Shown here one piece after another: positions 37,182-47,270 of a stretch of 64,000 nucleotides of DNA. This DNA is from an uncultured Bacteroidia bacterium (lineage in GTDB: Bacteria > Bacteroidota > Bacteroidia > Bacteroidales > UBA932): positions 140,515-204,514 of the forward strand of contig CADASN010000001.1 in assembly GCA_902790635.1 (NCBI GenBank), given 5' to 3'. The position numbers and the translations under genes are program-made. Each line of letters begins with the position of its first letter. The stretch's first letter is position 1. Below the pieces are notes generated by a model. The model did not search any database and had not been told where the DNA came from. It was given only the letters and a program-made list of their open reading frames with translations.

Positions 37182-38126
37182 ATGAATCGTTTCTGTAGTA
37201 TCTTTTTGTTTTCGTTCCTGTCTGCCGCCGTGTCGCTGCGTGCGCAGGAGCCTTTTATATTCACGCCCCAGTGGACGGCCCAGGCGCAGTTCGCCGGCTA
37301 TTATGTGGCGCAGGAGATGGGATTCTATGCGGAGGAAGGGGTGTCCGTGCAGATCGTCCATCCGTCCGCTTCGCAGACGGCCATGGAGCGGATCCGCACT
37401 GACCAGAGCCAGGCGACGACGCTTCAGCTGGCCCAGGCCCTGGAGATCGTGGACAGCGGTATTCCACTGGTGAATGTCCTCCAGACTTCGATGAACAACG
37501 GGATGGTGATCGTCTCCCGCCGGGAAAAAGACCCTCTCACGCAGCGCGGAGCCCGCGTGGGCATCTGGAATGCCGGTTTCGGCCAGCTGGCCATCTGCAT
37601 GAGCCAGCGCGAGCATCTGGATTATGCTTGGACGCCGTTCATCAACAGCGTCAACCTCTTCGTCTCGGGCGCCATGGATGCGACCCTTGCGATGAGCTAT
37701 AACGAATACTATCAGCTCCTCCAGACCGGGATGGATCTGAAAGAATCTTATGTCTATCGTTTCTCCGAACACGGTTACAATGTCCAGGAAGACGGCGTCT
37801 ATATGACCCTGAAGTCCTACCGCGCCCACAGGGAGCAGGCGGAACGCTTCGCCAGGGCCAGCCGGCGCGGCTGGGAGTGGGCGTTCGAACATCCGGAGGA
37901 GACGCTGGATATCGTCATGAAGATCGTGGAGAACCAGCATATCGCGACCAACCGGATCTTGCAGAAATTGATGCTGGAGGAGGTTCTCCGCCTGCAGGTC
38001 GACCGTGATTCGCAGCAGCGCGAGTTCCGCCTGCGCGAGGACATGGTGACGCTTGCATCTTCGCTGATGACAGAGTGTGGCATGTTGAAAGAGAATATCC
38101 CTTACCAAGACTTGTTGCCCCGATGA
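37182..38126 (+). CDS. NMT1/THI5-like periplasmic substrate-binding protein
   Basis: Signal peptide, PQWTAQAQFAGYYVAQEMGFYAEEG, MSYNEY, FARASRRGWEWAFEHPEE. Confidence 0.88.
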   Translation: MNRFCSIFLFSFLSAAVSLRAQEPFIFTPQWTAQAQFAGYYVAQEMGFYAEEGVSVQIVHPSASQTAMERIRTDQSQATTLQLAQALEIVDSGIPLVNVLQTSMNNGMVIVSRREKDPLTQRGARVGIWNAGFGQLAICMSQREHLDYAWTPFINSVNLFVSGAMDATLAMSYNEYYQLLQTGMDLKESYVYRFSEHGYNVQEDGVYMTLKSYRAHREQAERFARASRRGWEWAFEHPEETLDIVMKIVENQHIATNRILQKLMLEEVLRLQVDRDSQQREFRLREDMVTLASSLMTECGMLKENIPYQDLLPR

Positions 38127-40066
38127 AAGGTTTCCTGCACCGTTTCCGTACTTCGCTTTCGACCCGCCTGAGTCTCGGGGTCGTCCTGTTCGCAGCCCTG
38201 ATCTTCATCACCGCCTTCGGCTACATGTTCATCGTGTCCCGCAAGGCCGTCGAGCGGGAAGCCGTCGAAAGAGCTACCCAGATTCTCAACAACACGGTCT
38301 TGCGTGTCAATGACATCCTGGATGATGCACAGATTGCCGCGGACAATGTGGATTGGCTGGTCTACAGGCACTTGGACAATCCGGACATGATGTATGAGCT
38401 AGCCCGCAACGTGCTGCTCAACAACCCGGAAGTCCGGGGGTGCTCCATCTCCTTCGAACCCGGATACTTCCCGGAGAAGGGTCGTTATTTCTCGGCCTAT
38501 GCCTATCGCGACGGCAGGTCCGTCCTGACGACGCAGGAAGGTTCCGACCTGTACCAGTATTTCTATATGGACTGGTATCAGCTGCCCAAGCTGCTGAATC
38601 AGCCGTGCTGGACGGAGCCTTACATGGATGCCGATTATGAGGAAAAGACGGGCGAGATGTTCACTTCCTACTGCAAGCCCCTGACCGGAGATGACGGATC
38701 GTTCATCGGATCCTTGTCCGTGGACCTGTCCCTGTCATGGCTGTCGGAGACCATCAACTCCGTCATGCCGTACCCCAACTCCTACAACATCATGATCGGC
38801 CGGGGCGGATCCTACCTGGTCTATCCGGACACGACCAAGTTGCTGAACACGACCATTTTCACCGAGACGCTGGCCGTTCCTGATTCCGAGATCTCCGCGC
38901 TGGGGCATGACATGCTCCGGGGGGATGAGGGGATACGCAAGATGTTCCGGAACGGAGAAGAGTGGTATGTCTTCTACCAGCCGATCAAGGCTACGGGCTG
39001 GAGCGTGGGTATCGTCTGTCCGCGGTCCGAGATCTTCAGCAGTCTGGACCGCTTGCAGCATATCGTCATGACTATCATCATCATCGGTCTCCTGCTGATG
39101 CTGCTGGTCTGCTCCCGGGTGGTATCGTCCGAGCTGAAACCGCTCGGCGAACTGGTCCGCCAGACGGACGAGATCTCCGCCGGCTGTTTCGATGCGCCCC
39201 TGCCGCAGACGGAGCGGGTGGATGAGATCGGCCAGTTGACCCGGTCGTTCAGCCACATGCAGACTTCGCTGGTCAACTACATCGACGAACTGACGCGGAC
39301 GACTGCCAACAAGGAGCGGATCGAAGGGGAGCTGCGCATCGCGCGTGAGATCCAGATGGCCATGGTGCCCCGGGTCTTCCCGCCTTTCCCTGAGCGGAAG
39401 GACATCGATCTCTATGCCCTGATGACCCCGGCCAAAGAGGTGGGCGGCGACCTTTATGACTATTTCCTCTTGCGGAACACGTTGTATTTCTGCATCGGGG
39501 ACGTGAGCGGCAAGGGCATTCCCGGCAGCCTGGTGATGGCTGTGGTACGCAATCTGTCCCGTGTCGTGGCGCGTCAGGACCTGGCACCGGCACAGATTGC
39601 CTGCCAGATCAATGACACGGTGTCGGCAGAGAACGAGCAGATGATGTTCGTGACCATGATCATCGGCAAGATCCACCTCGACACCGGCCGGATGGAATTC
39701 TGCAACTGCGGCCACAATCCGCCCGTGGTGTTCAAGGAAGGGGAGGCCCGCTTCATGGACATCAAGGCCAACGTGCCGCTGGGCATCGCCCCGGGCTTCG
39801 AGTTCGAAGGCGAAGAGATCGCGGACGTGCGCGAGCAGCCAATCCTCTTCTATACGGATGGCCTGAACGAAGCGGAGAACGCCGCCCACGAGCAGTTCGG
39901 TGACGACCGCATCCTCGAGGTGCTCCGCTCGGCCCCGTTTGTCTCCGCCCAGGATTCCATCAAGCGGATCAATGTGGCACTGGATGCCTTCGTGGACGGT
40001 GCCGAGGCCAGCGATGACCTGACGATGCTCTGCCTGGAGATCAAAAGAAATAAAACAGAAAGCTAG
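38123..40066 (+). CDS. Cache-HAMP-SpoIIE (PP2C) membrane sensor phosphatase
   Basis: TM, DWYQLPK...WTEPY Cache signature, TM, DEIGQL HAMP, PAKEVGGDLYDY, IGDVSGKG, YTDGLNE, DDLTML. Confidence 0.93.
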   Translation: MKGFLHRFRTSLSTRLSLGVVLFAALIFITAFGYMFIVSRKAVEREAVERATQILNNTVLRVNDILDDAQIAADNVDWLVYRHLDNPDMMYELARNVLLNNPEVRGCSISFEPGYFPEKGRYFSAYAYRDGRSVLTTQEGSDLYQYFYMDWYQLPKLLNQPCWTEPYMDADYEEKTGEMFTSYCKPLTGDDGSFIGSLSVDLSLSWLSETINSVMPYPNSYNIMIGRGGSYLVYPDTTKLLNTTIFTETLAVPDSEISALGHDMLRGDEGIRKMFRNGEEWYVFYQPIKATGWSVGIVCPRSEIFSSLDRLQHIVMTIIIIGLLLMLLVCSRVVSSELKPLGELVRQTDEISAGCFDAPLPQTERVDEIGQLTRSFSHMQTSLVNYIDELTRTTANKERIEGELRIAREIQMAMVPRVFPPFPERKDIDLYALMTPAKEVGGDLYDYFLLRNTLYFCIGDVSGKGIPGSLVMAVVRNLSRVVARQDLAPAQIACQINDTVSAENEQMMFVTMIIGKIHLDTGRMEFCNCGHNPPVVFKEGEARFMDIKANVPLGIAPGFEFEGEEIADVREQPILFYTDGLNEAENAAHEQFGDDRILEVLRSAPFVSAQDSIKRINVALDAFVDGAEASDDLTMLCLEIKRNKTES

Positions 40067-40800
40067 AAGACCAGCAGATAGAGCAGCCCGGCGAGGGCGG
40101 CGCCGGCCATCGGGCCGGCCACTGGAACCCAGCTGTAGCCCCAGCCGCTGTCCCGCTTGCCCCGGATGGGCAGTACGGCATGCGCGCAGCGCGGGCTGAG
40201 GTCGCGGGCGGGATTGAGGGCGTAGCCCGTCGCGCCGCCCAGGGACATACCGATGGACATGATCAGGCAGGTCACGGGCAGGGAGCCCAGCGCCCCGGTA
40301 GAGGCCGCCACGCCGCTGAGCGAGAAGGCGTTGCCGTTCGTGCCGATGGCGAGGATCACGAAGACCAGCAGGCAGGTGGCGATCACTTCGCTGATGAAAT
40401 TGCGCCAGCCGTTCGGGATGGCCGGCATCGTGCAGAACGTGCCTAGGATGGTATCCGGCTCGTCTGCGGTGGCTTTATAGTGGTCTTTGTAGAAAATCCA
40501 TACCAGGACGGCGCCCACGAATCCGCCCAGCATCTGGGCGATGATGTAGCCGGGCACGGACGCCCACGGGAAGGAACCTGCGACCGCAAGGCCCAGTGAA
40601 ACGGCGGGATTGAGATGGGCTCCGGATACCGGGCCGGCAATCAGCACGCCCATCATTACGGCGAAACCCCAGCCCAGGGTGATGACCACCCAGCCGGCGC
40701 CTTTCGCCTTGGAATGATTGAGAGAACAGGCGGCGCAGACGCCGTCACCAAGCAGCACGAGAACCAGCGTGCCGATGAATTCGAAGAGATATTGTTCCAT
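40063..40800 (-). CDS. glpF: Glycerol uptake facilitator (MIP family)
   Basis: SGAHLNPAV and GYALNPARD NPA motifs. Confidence 0.95.
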   Translation of the reverse strand: MEQYLFEFIGTLVLVLLGDGVCAACSLNHSKAKGAGWVVITLGWGFAVMMGVLIAGPVSGAHLNPAVSLGLAVAGSFPWASVPGYIIAQMLGGFVGAVLVWIFYKDHYKATADEPDTILGTFCTMPAIPNGWRNFISEVIATCLLVFVILAIGTNGNAFSLSGVAASTGALGSLPVTCLIMSIGMSLGGATGYALNPARDLSPRCAHAVLPIRGKRDSGWGYSWVPVAGPMAGAALAGLLYLLVF

Positions 40801-40812
40801 ACAGAATAGGTT

Positions 40813-42291
40813 TTATCGGGTCAGGGTGCGGGAGATGGCGTCGGCCCAGCCACGTTTGAGCGGGGTGACATCGGCGCTGGAAGGATTGAAGATGCGTTCG
40901 GCCTTCCACTGGCGCTTCACTTCGTCGAGCGAACTCCAGTAGCCGACCGCCAGACCGGCCAGGTAGCAGGCGCCCATCGCCGTCGTCTCCGTGATCTCGG
41001 GCCGGATGACGGAAGCGCCGAGCACGTCAGCCTGGAACTGCATCATGAGGTTGTTGCGGCTTGCTCCGCCATCTACTTTCAACTCGGAGAGGTGTACGCC
41101 GGCGTCTTTTTCCATAGCGCCGACGATGTCCATGGTCTGGAAGGCGATGCCCTCCAGGGCGGCCCGGGCGATATGCCCGGCGGTCGCGCCGCGCGTCAGG
41201 CCGCAGATCACGCCGTGGGCGTACTGGTCCCAGTAAGGAGCGCCCATGCCCGTCAGGGCGGGCACGAAATACACACCGCCGTTGTCGGGAACCGAAGCGG
41301 CCAGCGCTTCGACGTCGGATGAGGAACGGATGAGTCCCAGACCGTCCCGCAGCCACTGGACGACGCTCCCGCCGACGAAGATGGAGCCTTCCAGGGCATA
41401 ATTGACCGTATCGCCGATCTTCCACGCCACGGTGGTCAGGAGGTTGTTGCGGGAGAGGATGGGCTTGTCTCCGGTGTTCATCAGCAGGAAGCAGCCTGTG
41501 CCGTAGGTGTTCTTGACGGAGCCTGGTGTCGTGCACATCTGTCCGAAGAGGGCGGCCTGCTGGTCGCCGGCGATGCCGGCAATGGGCACTTCGTGGGCGA
41601 AGATCGTCGTTTTCGTGTGTCCGTAGACTTCGGAAGAGGAGCGGACCTCGGGCATCATCGAGGCCGGGATGCCGAACAGGTCCAGCAATTCGGCATCCCA
41701 CTGGAGGGTGTGGATGTTGAAGAGCATGGTCCGCGAAGCGTTGGACACGTCCGTGATGTGGACCGTTCCCTTGGTCAGGTTCCACACCAGCCAGCTGTCC
41801 ACGGTGCCGAAACGCAGCTTGCCGGCCTCGGCCTGCTGCCGCGCGCCGGGAACATGGTCCAGGATCCACTTGATCTTGGTGCCGGAGAAATACGCATCGA
41901 TGATCAGGCCGGTCTTTTCCCGGATCTTCTCGACGAGCCCCTGCTCCTTGAGTTCATCACAGAACTCCGACGTCCGGCGGTCCTGCCACACGATGGCGTT
42001 GTGCACGGGCAGGCCCGTCTCTGCGTCCCACACAATGGTGGTCTCCCGCTGGTTGGTGATGCCGATGGCGGCGATGTCCTTGCCGCCTATGCCGATCTTG
42101 GAGATGGCCTCTGCGATCACGGCCGCTTCGGAGGACCAGATCTCCATCGGATCGTGCTCCACCCAACCGGGTCTGGGGAAATGCTGCGTGAATTCTTTCT
42201 GGGAGGTGGACCGGATGTTGCCTTCACGGTCGAAAACGATGGCGCGGGAGGAACTCGTCCCCTGGTCCAGCGCCAGGATGTACTTGCTCAT
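40813..42291 (-). CDS. glpK: Glycerol kinase
   Basis: [48 protein letters not shown]. Confidence 0.97.
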   Translation of the reverse strand: MSKYILALDQGTSSSRAIVFDREGNIRSTSQKEFTQHFPRPGWVEHDPMEIWSSEAAVIAEAISKIGIGGKDIAAIGITNQRETTIVWDAETGLPVHNAIVWQDRRTSEFCDELKEQGLVEKIREKTGLIIDAYFSGTKIKWILDHVPGARQQAEAGKLRFGTVDSWLVWNLTKGTVHITDVSNASRTMLFNIHTLQWDAELLDLFGIPASMMPEVRSSSEVYGHTKTTIFAHEVPIAGIAGDQQAALFGQMCTTPGSVKNTYGTGCFLLMNTGDKPILSRNNLLTTVAWKIGDTVNYALEGSIFVGGSVVQWLRDGLGLIRSSSDVEALAASVPDNGGVYFVPALTGMGAPYWDQYAHGVICGLTRGATAGHIARAALEGIAFQTMDIVGAMEKDAGVHLSELKVDGGASRNNLMMQFQADVLGASVIRPEITETTAMGACYLAGLAVGYWSSLDEVKRQWKAERIFNPSSADVTPLKRGWADAISRTLTR

Positions 42292-42319
42292 ATTATCAGG
42301 TTCTAGTGTCAATGCTTAG

Positions 42320-42357
42320 CAAAGATACGGCATTTTTGCTTTTTTTGTCTATATTTG
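42320..42357. promoter_or_regulatory. Back-to-back -7 elements for glpK (minus, 42320-42327) and the Omp85-like gene (plus, 42350-42357)
   Basis: TATCTTTG and TATATTTG. Confidence 0.65.
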
Positions 42358-42389
42358 TGGCAGAATATAACCACAGTTATTAAAACATA

Positions 42390-43712
42390 ATGAAAAAACT
42401 CTTAACCCTTGTGCTGCTTTTCGCAGCTCTCTGCTCTGCCCGTGCGCAGGAAGAAATCACCAAAACCGGCATCAATTTCGGACCGCTCCCGGCCATTGGC
42501 TATTCGTCCGACCTGGGCTGGCACTATGGCGCCCTGACCGACATCTACCAGTACGGCGACGGCTCCGTCTATCCCGAGTACATCTGGAAGGCCAATGTGG
42601 AGATCTCCCGCTATTCCAAGGGCAACACCGTGCTGCACTCCTTCTTTGACAGCAAGTACCTCATCCCCGGCATCCGCGTGTCGGCCGCTATTTCCTGGTT
42701 CGGCAACAAGACCACCAATTTCTACGGCTTCAACGGCGCCAATTCCCTGTATATTCCCGCCATGGACAAGATCGTTGACGGACAGGGCCTTTATCTGATG
42801 CGGCGTGACATCTTCCGCATCCAGACCTGCTTCCAGGGGACCTTCGGCGACAGCAACTGGGGCTGGGCCGCCGGTCTGACTTACTGGAACATCAAGACCG
42901 GACACGCCGTCAACAAGGGCCTGAGCGGCGGTGCGAATGACGTTTCGCTCTATGACCTCTATGTCAAGAACGGCATTATCCCCGAAGCCGAGAAGAACGG
43001 CGGCCAGCATCTCGAGCTGAAAGCCGGCGTCGTCTTCGACACGCGCGACCACGAGAACAACCCGACCCGGGGTACCAACATCGAGGCTTATGTCTTCGGC
43101 TCCCCGGACATCATCTCCAAGCACAACAACAGCTACCTCAAGCTGGCCCTCCACTTCAAGCAGTTCTTCCCGCTGGGTGAGCGGATCGTGTTCGGCGCCC
43201 ACCTCGCTTACCAGGGCCTGATCGCCGGCAATGCCCCGTACTACATGCTGCAGACGATTCAGTCCATCAACATGAAGCAGATCAATACCGAAGGCCTTGG
43301 TTCCACCTGCACCCTGCGTGGTACCATCAACAACCGTCTCCAGGGCAACAGCTACGCCTGGATGAATACCGAGTTCCGCTGGACCTTCGCCAAGTTCCAC
43401 TGGATCAACCAGAACTGGGCCCTCGCCACCAACCCGTTCTTCGACATGGGTATGATCGTCAGCCCGTACCGCCTGGACCAGATGAAGAGCCTGACCGCCG
43501 ACAAGACGGTCGTGACCACCGTGGACGGCAAGACCTACACCGCTGCCGACTTCTACACCCAGCACGCTGAGAAGCTGCACATGAGCGCCGGTATCGGCCT
43601 GCACGTGATCATGAACCAGAACTTCAACATCAACTTCGAGTTCGGCAAGTGCTTCGATCCCAACGACGGCACCGGCCTCGGCATCAACATCGGCCTGAAC
43701 TACATCTTCTAG
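42390..43712 (+). CDS. Omp85/BamA-TamA superfamily beta-barrel without POTRA domains
   Basis: Signal peptide, GPLPAIGYSSDLG first strand, FDTRD..NPTRG, TLRG loop motif, terminal IGLNYIF. Confidence 0.78.
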   Translation: MKKLLTLVLLFAALCSARAQEEITKTGINFGPLPAIGYSSDLGWHYGALTDIYQYGDGSVYPEYIWKANVEISRYSKGNTVLHSFFDSKYLIPGIRVSAAISWFGNKTTNFYGFNGANSLYIPAMDKIVDGQGLYLMRRDIFRIQTCFQGTFGDSNWGWAAGLTYWNIKTGHAVNKGLSGGANDVSLYDLYVKNGIIPEAEKNGGQHLELKAGVVFDTRDHENNPTRGTNIEAYVFGSPDIISKHNNSYLKLALHFKQFFPLGERIVFGAHLAYQGLIAGNAPYYMLQTIQSINMKQINTEGLGSTCTLRGTINNRLQGNSYAWMNTEFRWTFAKFHWINQNWALATNPFFDMGMIVSPYRLDQMKSLTADKTVVTTVDGKTYTAADFYTQHAEKLHMSAGIGLHVIMNQNFNINFEFGKCFDPNDGTGLGINIGLNYIF

Positions 43713-43734
43713 TTTCCAGGCTCCCGCGAAACGA

Positions 43735-43779
43735 AACTGTCCCCCGAAAGCTGAAACGCTTTCGGGGGACAGTTCTTTT
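43735..43779. terminator. Strong terminator hairpin between the convergent Omp85-like gene and glpT
   Basis: 17-bp perfect stem aactgtcccccgaaagc-tgaaac-gctttcgggggacagtt then ctttt. Confidence 0.8.
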
Positions 43780-43805
43780 CGGCTTGCGACAAGCGGGAGC
43801 TGGCT

Positions 43806-45176
43806 CTACCGCCGCTCCTCCTTCAGCGTCAGGCCCATGAAGAAGATGGCCAGCAGGCAGGCGGCGACCAGCAGGACGAAGGTCCAGCTCCAACCGGCCG
43901 TCTGGGCCACCCAGCCGATGACGGTGTTGGCCAGGATGAAGGTCCCCAGGAAATAGCCGAAGAAGCCGGTAAGGCCGGCGGCCGTGCCGGCAGCATTCTT
44001 CGGTGCCAGGTCCAGGGCCTGCACGCCGATCAGCATGACCGGTCCGTAGATGAAGAATCCGATACCGATCAGGCTGATGATCACGATGGTCAGGTTGTCG
44101 ATGTTGGCCCAGTACAGGACCACGAACACCAGGACCAGCGCCATGAACAGCATCGTCGGGACGGCCCGCTTGCCATGGAAGAGTTTGTCGGACAGCCACC
44201 CGCAGAGCAGGGTGCCCGGAATGGCTGCGAATTCATAGGCGAAGTAGGCCCAGCCGGCGCTCTTGAGGTCGATGCCCTTCTCGGTCAGGATGGTCGGCGC
44301 CCAGTCCAGGCAGCCGTAGCGCACCATGTACACGAAGGCGTTCGCCAAGGCGATGAACCACAGGAATTTGTTGTTCAACACATGCTTGAAGAAGATCTCC
44401 CGGGTCGTCAGGGTCTGCTCGTGCTTCTCGGAATAGTTTTTGGGGAAATCATTGCGCCAGTACTCGACGGAGGGGAGGCCGCAGGACTGCGGCGTATCGC
44501 GCAGCAGGACATAGGCCAGCAGTGCGATGAAGAGTGCCACGGCCGCCGGGAAGGCGAAGGTGCCGATGAGGAAATAGAGTTCTTCGTGCGCGCCGTAGAA
44601 CCAGCTGCCGAACCAGGCTGCTCCGTAGGTGGCCATGGGGCCCACCAGGGCGCCGCCTACATTGTGGGCGCAGTTCCAGATGCTCATCATCGTGCCGCGC
44701 TCGCCGGGCGAGAACCAGTGCGTCATCACGCGGCCGCAGGGGGGCCAGCCCATGCCGTTGAACCAGCCTACCAGGCAGTTCAGGACACCCATCACCAGGA
44801 TGGCAAGGGCTTTGTGCTCCGCGCCGATCCACTGGATGGGGACAATCATGAAGCACATCGAAATGGCGGTGAGGATCAGGCCGAGCGGGAGGAAAACCCG
44901 GGCGTTGGAGCGGTCGGACACGCTGCCCATCAAGAATTTGGACAGGGCATAGGCGGCTGCGTTCAGGCCCAGCACGAAGCCCAGCTCCGTCTTGTGGAAG
45001 CCGAGCGGGGCCATGGCCGGGATGGCCATCGACAGGTTCTTGCGGACCAGGTAGAATCCCGCGTATCCGATGAAAGCGCCGATGAAGACCTGCAGGCGCA
45101 GGCGTTTGTATTTGGCGTCGGCCTCCGGGCCGACCTCCGGATGTTTATAGGGGGGTTGCTGAAGGAATTTGAGCAT
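43806..45176 (-). CDS. glpT: Glycerol-3-phosphate transporter (MFS, OPA family)
   Basis: GYAGFYLVRKN, SDRSNAR, GMGWPPCGR, WNCAHNVGG, RYGCLDWAP, IYGPVMLIG. Confidence 0.96.
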   Translation of the reverse strand: MLKFLQQPPYKHPEVGPEADAKYKRLRLQVFIGAFIGYAGFYLVRKNLSMAIPAMAPLGFHKTELGFVLGLNAAAYALSKFLMGSVSDRSNARVFLPLGLILTAISMCFMIVPIQWIGAEHKALAILVMGVLNCLVGWFNGMGWPPCGRVMTHWFSPGERGTMMSIWNCAHNVGGALVGPMATYGAAWFGSWFYGAHEELYFLIGTFAFPAAVALFIALLAYVLLRDTPQSCGLPSVEYWRNDFPKNYSEKHEQTLTTREIFFKHVLNNKFLWFIALANAFVYMVRYGCLDWAPTILTEKGIDLKSAGWAYFAYEFAAIPGTLLCGWLSDKLFHGKRAVPTMLFMALVLVFVVLYWANIDNLTIVIISLIGIGFFIYGPVMLIGVQALDLAPKNAAGTAAGLTGFFGYFLGTFILANTVIGWVAQTAGWSWTFVLLVAACLLAIFFMGLTLKEERR

Positions 45177-46048
45177 TATCGTACGGTTGCAATGAGGATG
45201 TCGGGATAATTGGAGATGATGGCCTCGACGCCGCAGTCCACCAGGCGCTGCATCTCGGCTGCGTCATCCACGGTCCAGGGGACGACGCCGATGCCGTGAG
45301 CGTGGCACCAGGCAACGTTCTCGGGCGTGACCACGCTGGACTCCGGACTCCACCAGGCGGGCACGAAGTCGAGCTTCTCCAGGAGCTGCCCTATGTCGCC
45401 GCCGTCATAATCCTCGGTCAGGTAGGACATGGTGAGTTCCGGCCACTTGGCGTGCATATAATTGAGGGCGCGGGTGTCGAAGCTCTGGACGATGAGCCGC
45501 TCGCCCAGGTTTTTGGACAGCAGCAGCGGGATGCAAGTATCGCAGAAGACCTTGTAGTCCGGCCACAGGGTTCCTTCACCCTCGCCGGGCCAGGACTTGA
45601 TCTCGATGTTGTAGTTTACCGGCTTCTTGGCATAGTCCTCCGTGAAGTCGATCAGATCGCTGGCCAGGGGCTTGCTGACGGCCATCTTGACCTGGCCCGG
45701 CCAGCGGTCCACGGGACGCAGGCCGACGTCATATTTCGCGATGCTGTCGTACGGCATCGTGTAGAGGTATTCCCTGGGATCATCCTCCTGGATGAGCGTG
45801 CCGTCGGGCCGGGTGGCGTAGCGGGGGTGGAAATAATTGTCGTGGGAGACCACGACCTGGCCGTCGGAGGACAGCTGGAGGTCAAACTCCAGGGTATTGA
45901 CATCCATGTCCAGGGCGTTTTTCATCGCGGGGATGGTATTCTCGGGCATGAGACCCGCTCCGCCGCGGTGGGCCTGGACATCGATGACGGGCCTGTGTTG
46001 GCAGGCTGCCAGCGCGGCAAGGCAGAAAAGGATGGAAAAGTGTCGCAT
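45176..46048 (-). CDS. glpQ: Glycerophosphodiester phosphodiesterase, lipoprotein
   Basis: LAAC lipobox, AHRGG, PENT, LEFD, VSHD, NIEIK, QSFD, WTVD. Confidence 0.93.
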   Translation of the reverse strand: MRHFSILFCLAALAACQHRPVIDVQAHRGGAGLMPENTIPAMKNALDMDVNTLEFDLQLSSDGQVVVSHDNYFHPRYATRPDGTLIQEDDPREYLYTMPYDSIAKYDVGLRPVDRWPGQVKMAVSKPLASDLIDFTEDYAKKPVNYNIEIKSWPGEGEGTLWPDYKVFCDTCIPLLLSKNLGERLIVQSFDTRALNYMHAKWPELTMSYLTEDYDGGDIGQLLEKLDFVPAWWSPESSVVTPENVAWCHAHGIGVVPWTVDDAAEMQRLVDCGVEAIISNYPDILIATVR

Positions 46049-46055
46049 GACGTTG

Positions 46056-47270
46056 TTATTCAATGGCTTCCGCTAGGATGGATATGGGGTTCATGACCGG
46101 GTAGCCGGCAGACATCTCAATCTGCCATTTGCAGGTCTCGCAGTCGCAGGCGACGACCTCGGGGTTCACGCTCCGGATCTGGTCGAACAACGCCTGGCCG
46201 ATGGCCTGCGACGCGGCATAGTTTTCTTTCTTGAAGCCGTAGGTGCCGGCGATGCCGCAGCAGGCGGAGTCCAGCAGGGTAAACTCCACGCCGGGAATCA
46301 TCCGGAGGAGCCGCTCCGAGAAAATGCCCCAGCCGAGCCGCTCGAGGTGGCAGGGTGTGTGGTAGGCCACGCGCTTGTGGTAGTCCGGACGGAAACGCAG
46401 GGTGGCGCCTTTTTCCAATTTCTCATAGATGAAGCGGGTCGCCATGGTCAGGAAGTCCCGGACGTCGGCATTGTCCACGCCGAGCAGGTTGGGATACTCT
46501 TCGCGCAGGGTCATGGTGCAGGAAGAAGAGGTGCTCACGATGCGCAGCCCCCGCTCCAGGGCCGCCTTGCGCAGTTGGGCGGTGTTGTGCGTGGCGTGGC
46601 GCAGGGCCTGACGGGTCATCCCGTTGGTGATCAAGGCGATGCCGCAGCATTTCTCCTGGTCGAGGAGCTGTACGCCCACGCCCAGGGCATTGAGCACTTT
46701 CACGAGGTCCTTGCCGAGCTGGGGATAGTTGTAGTTGACATAGCAGCCGTGGAAATAGGCAACCTGCTCCGGGTAGACGGCCTGTTCCTTCTGCCGCTTC
46801 CGGAGCCAGGATTCGAAGCTCGAGCTGCTATATTTGGGAAAAGTCCGGTGTGCGTCAATCTGCAGCGTGGCATCCAGCACGGTACGCGTGATGCCGAGCC
46901 GGGTGACGCCGTTGACGATCGGGGCAAAAGGCCGTGCGAGCGTGCCCATCAGGTCGGTCGAGGCGAGGATGCGGTCCCGGAGTTTCGGAGCGGACCGGTC
47001 GTACTTGATGCGCGCCGACTGGATGAGGTCGGCCACATTGACGCCGGACGGACAGGCCACTTCGCATCGCTTGCAGTTCATGCAGTATTTGAGGGCGTAA
47101 TTGAAGAAGAACGGATCCTTGAGGCGGAGCCGTTCTCCGTCGGGCCCGGCCTGTTTGGGGCCGGGGTAGAGCGGATTGACCTGCAGCACGGGGCAATAGA
47201 CCGTGCAGACGGTGCATTTCATGCACTCCTCGAAATTGTGCTTGCTGACGGTATTCTCTTGTGCTTTCAT
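46056..47270 (-). CDS. glpC: Anaerobic glycerol-3-phosphate dehydrogenase subunit C
   Basis: CMKCTVCTVYCP, YPGPKQAGPDGERLR, CMNCKRCEVACP, two CCG domains. Confidence 0.96.
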   Translation of the reverse strand: MKAQENTVSKHNFEECMKCTVCTVYCPVLQVNPLYPGPKQAGPDGERLRLKDPFFFNYALKYCMNCKRCEVACPSGVNVADLIQSARIKYDRSAPKLRDRILASTDLMGTLARPFAPIVNGVTRLGITRTVLDATLQIDAHRTFPKYSSSSFESWLRKRQKEQAVYPEQVAYFHGCYVNYNYPQLGKDLVKVLNALGVGVQLLDQEKCCGIALITNGMTRQALRHATHNTAQLRKAALERGLRIVSTSSSCTMTLREEYPNLLGVDNADVRDFLTMATRFIYEKLEKGATLRFRPDYHKRVAYHTPCHLERLGWGIFSERLLRMIPGVEFTLLDSACCGIAGTYGFKKENYAASQAIGQALFDQIRSVNPEVVACDCETCKWQIEMSAGYPVMNPISILAEAIE

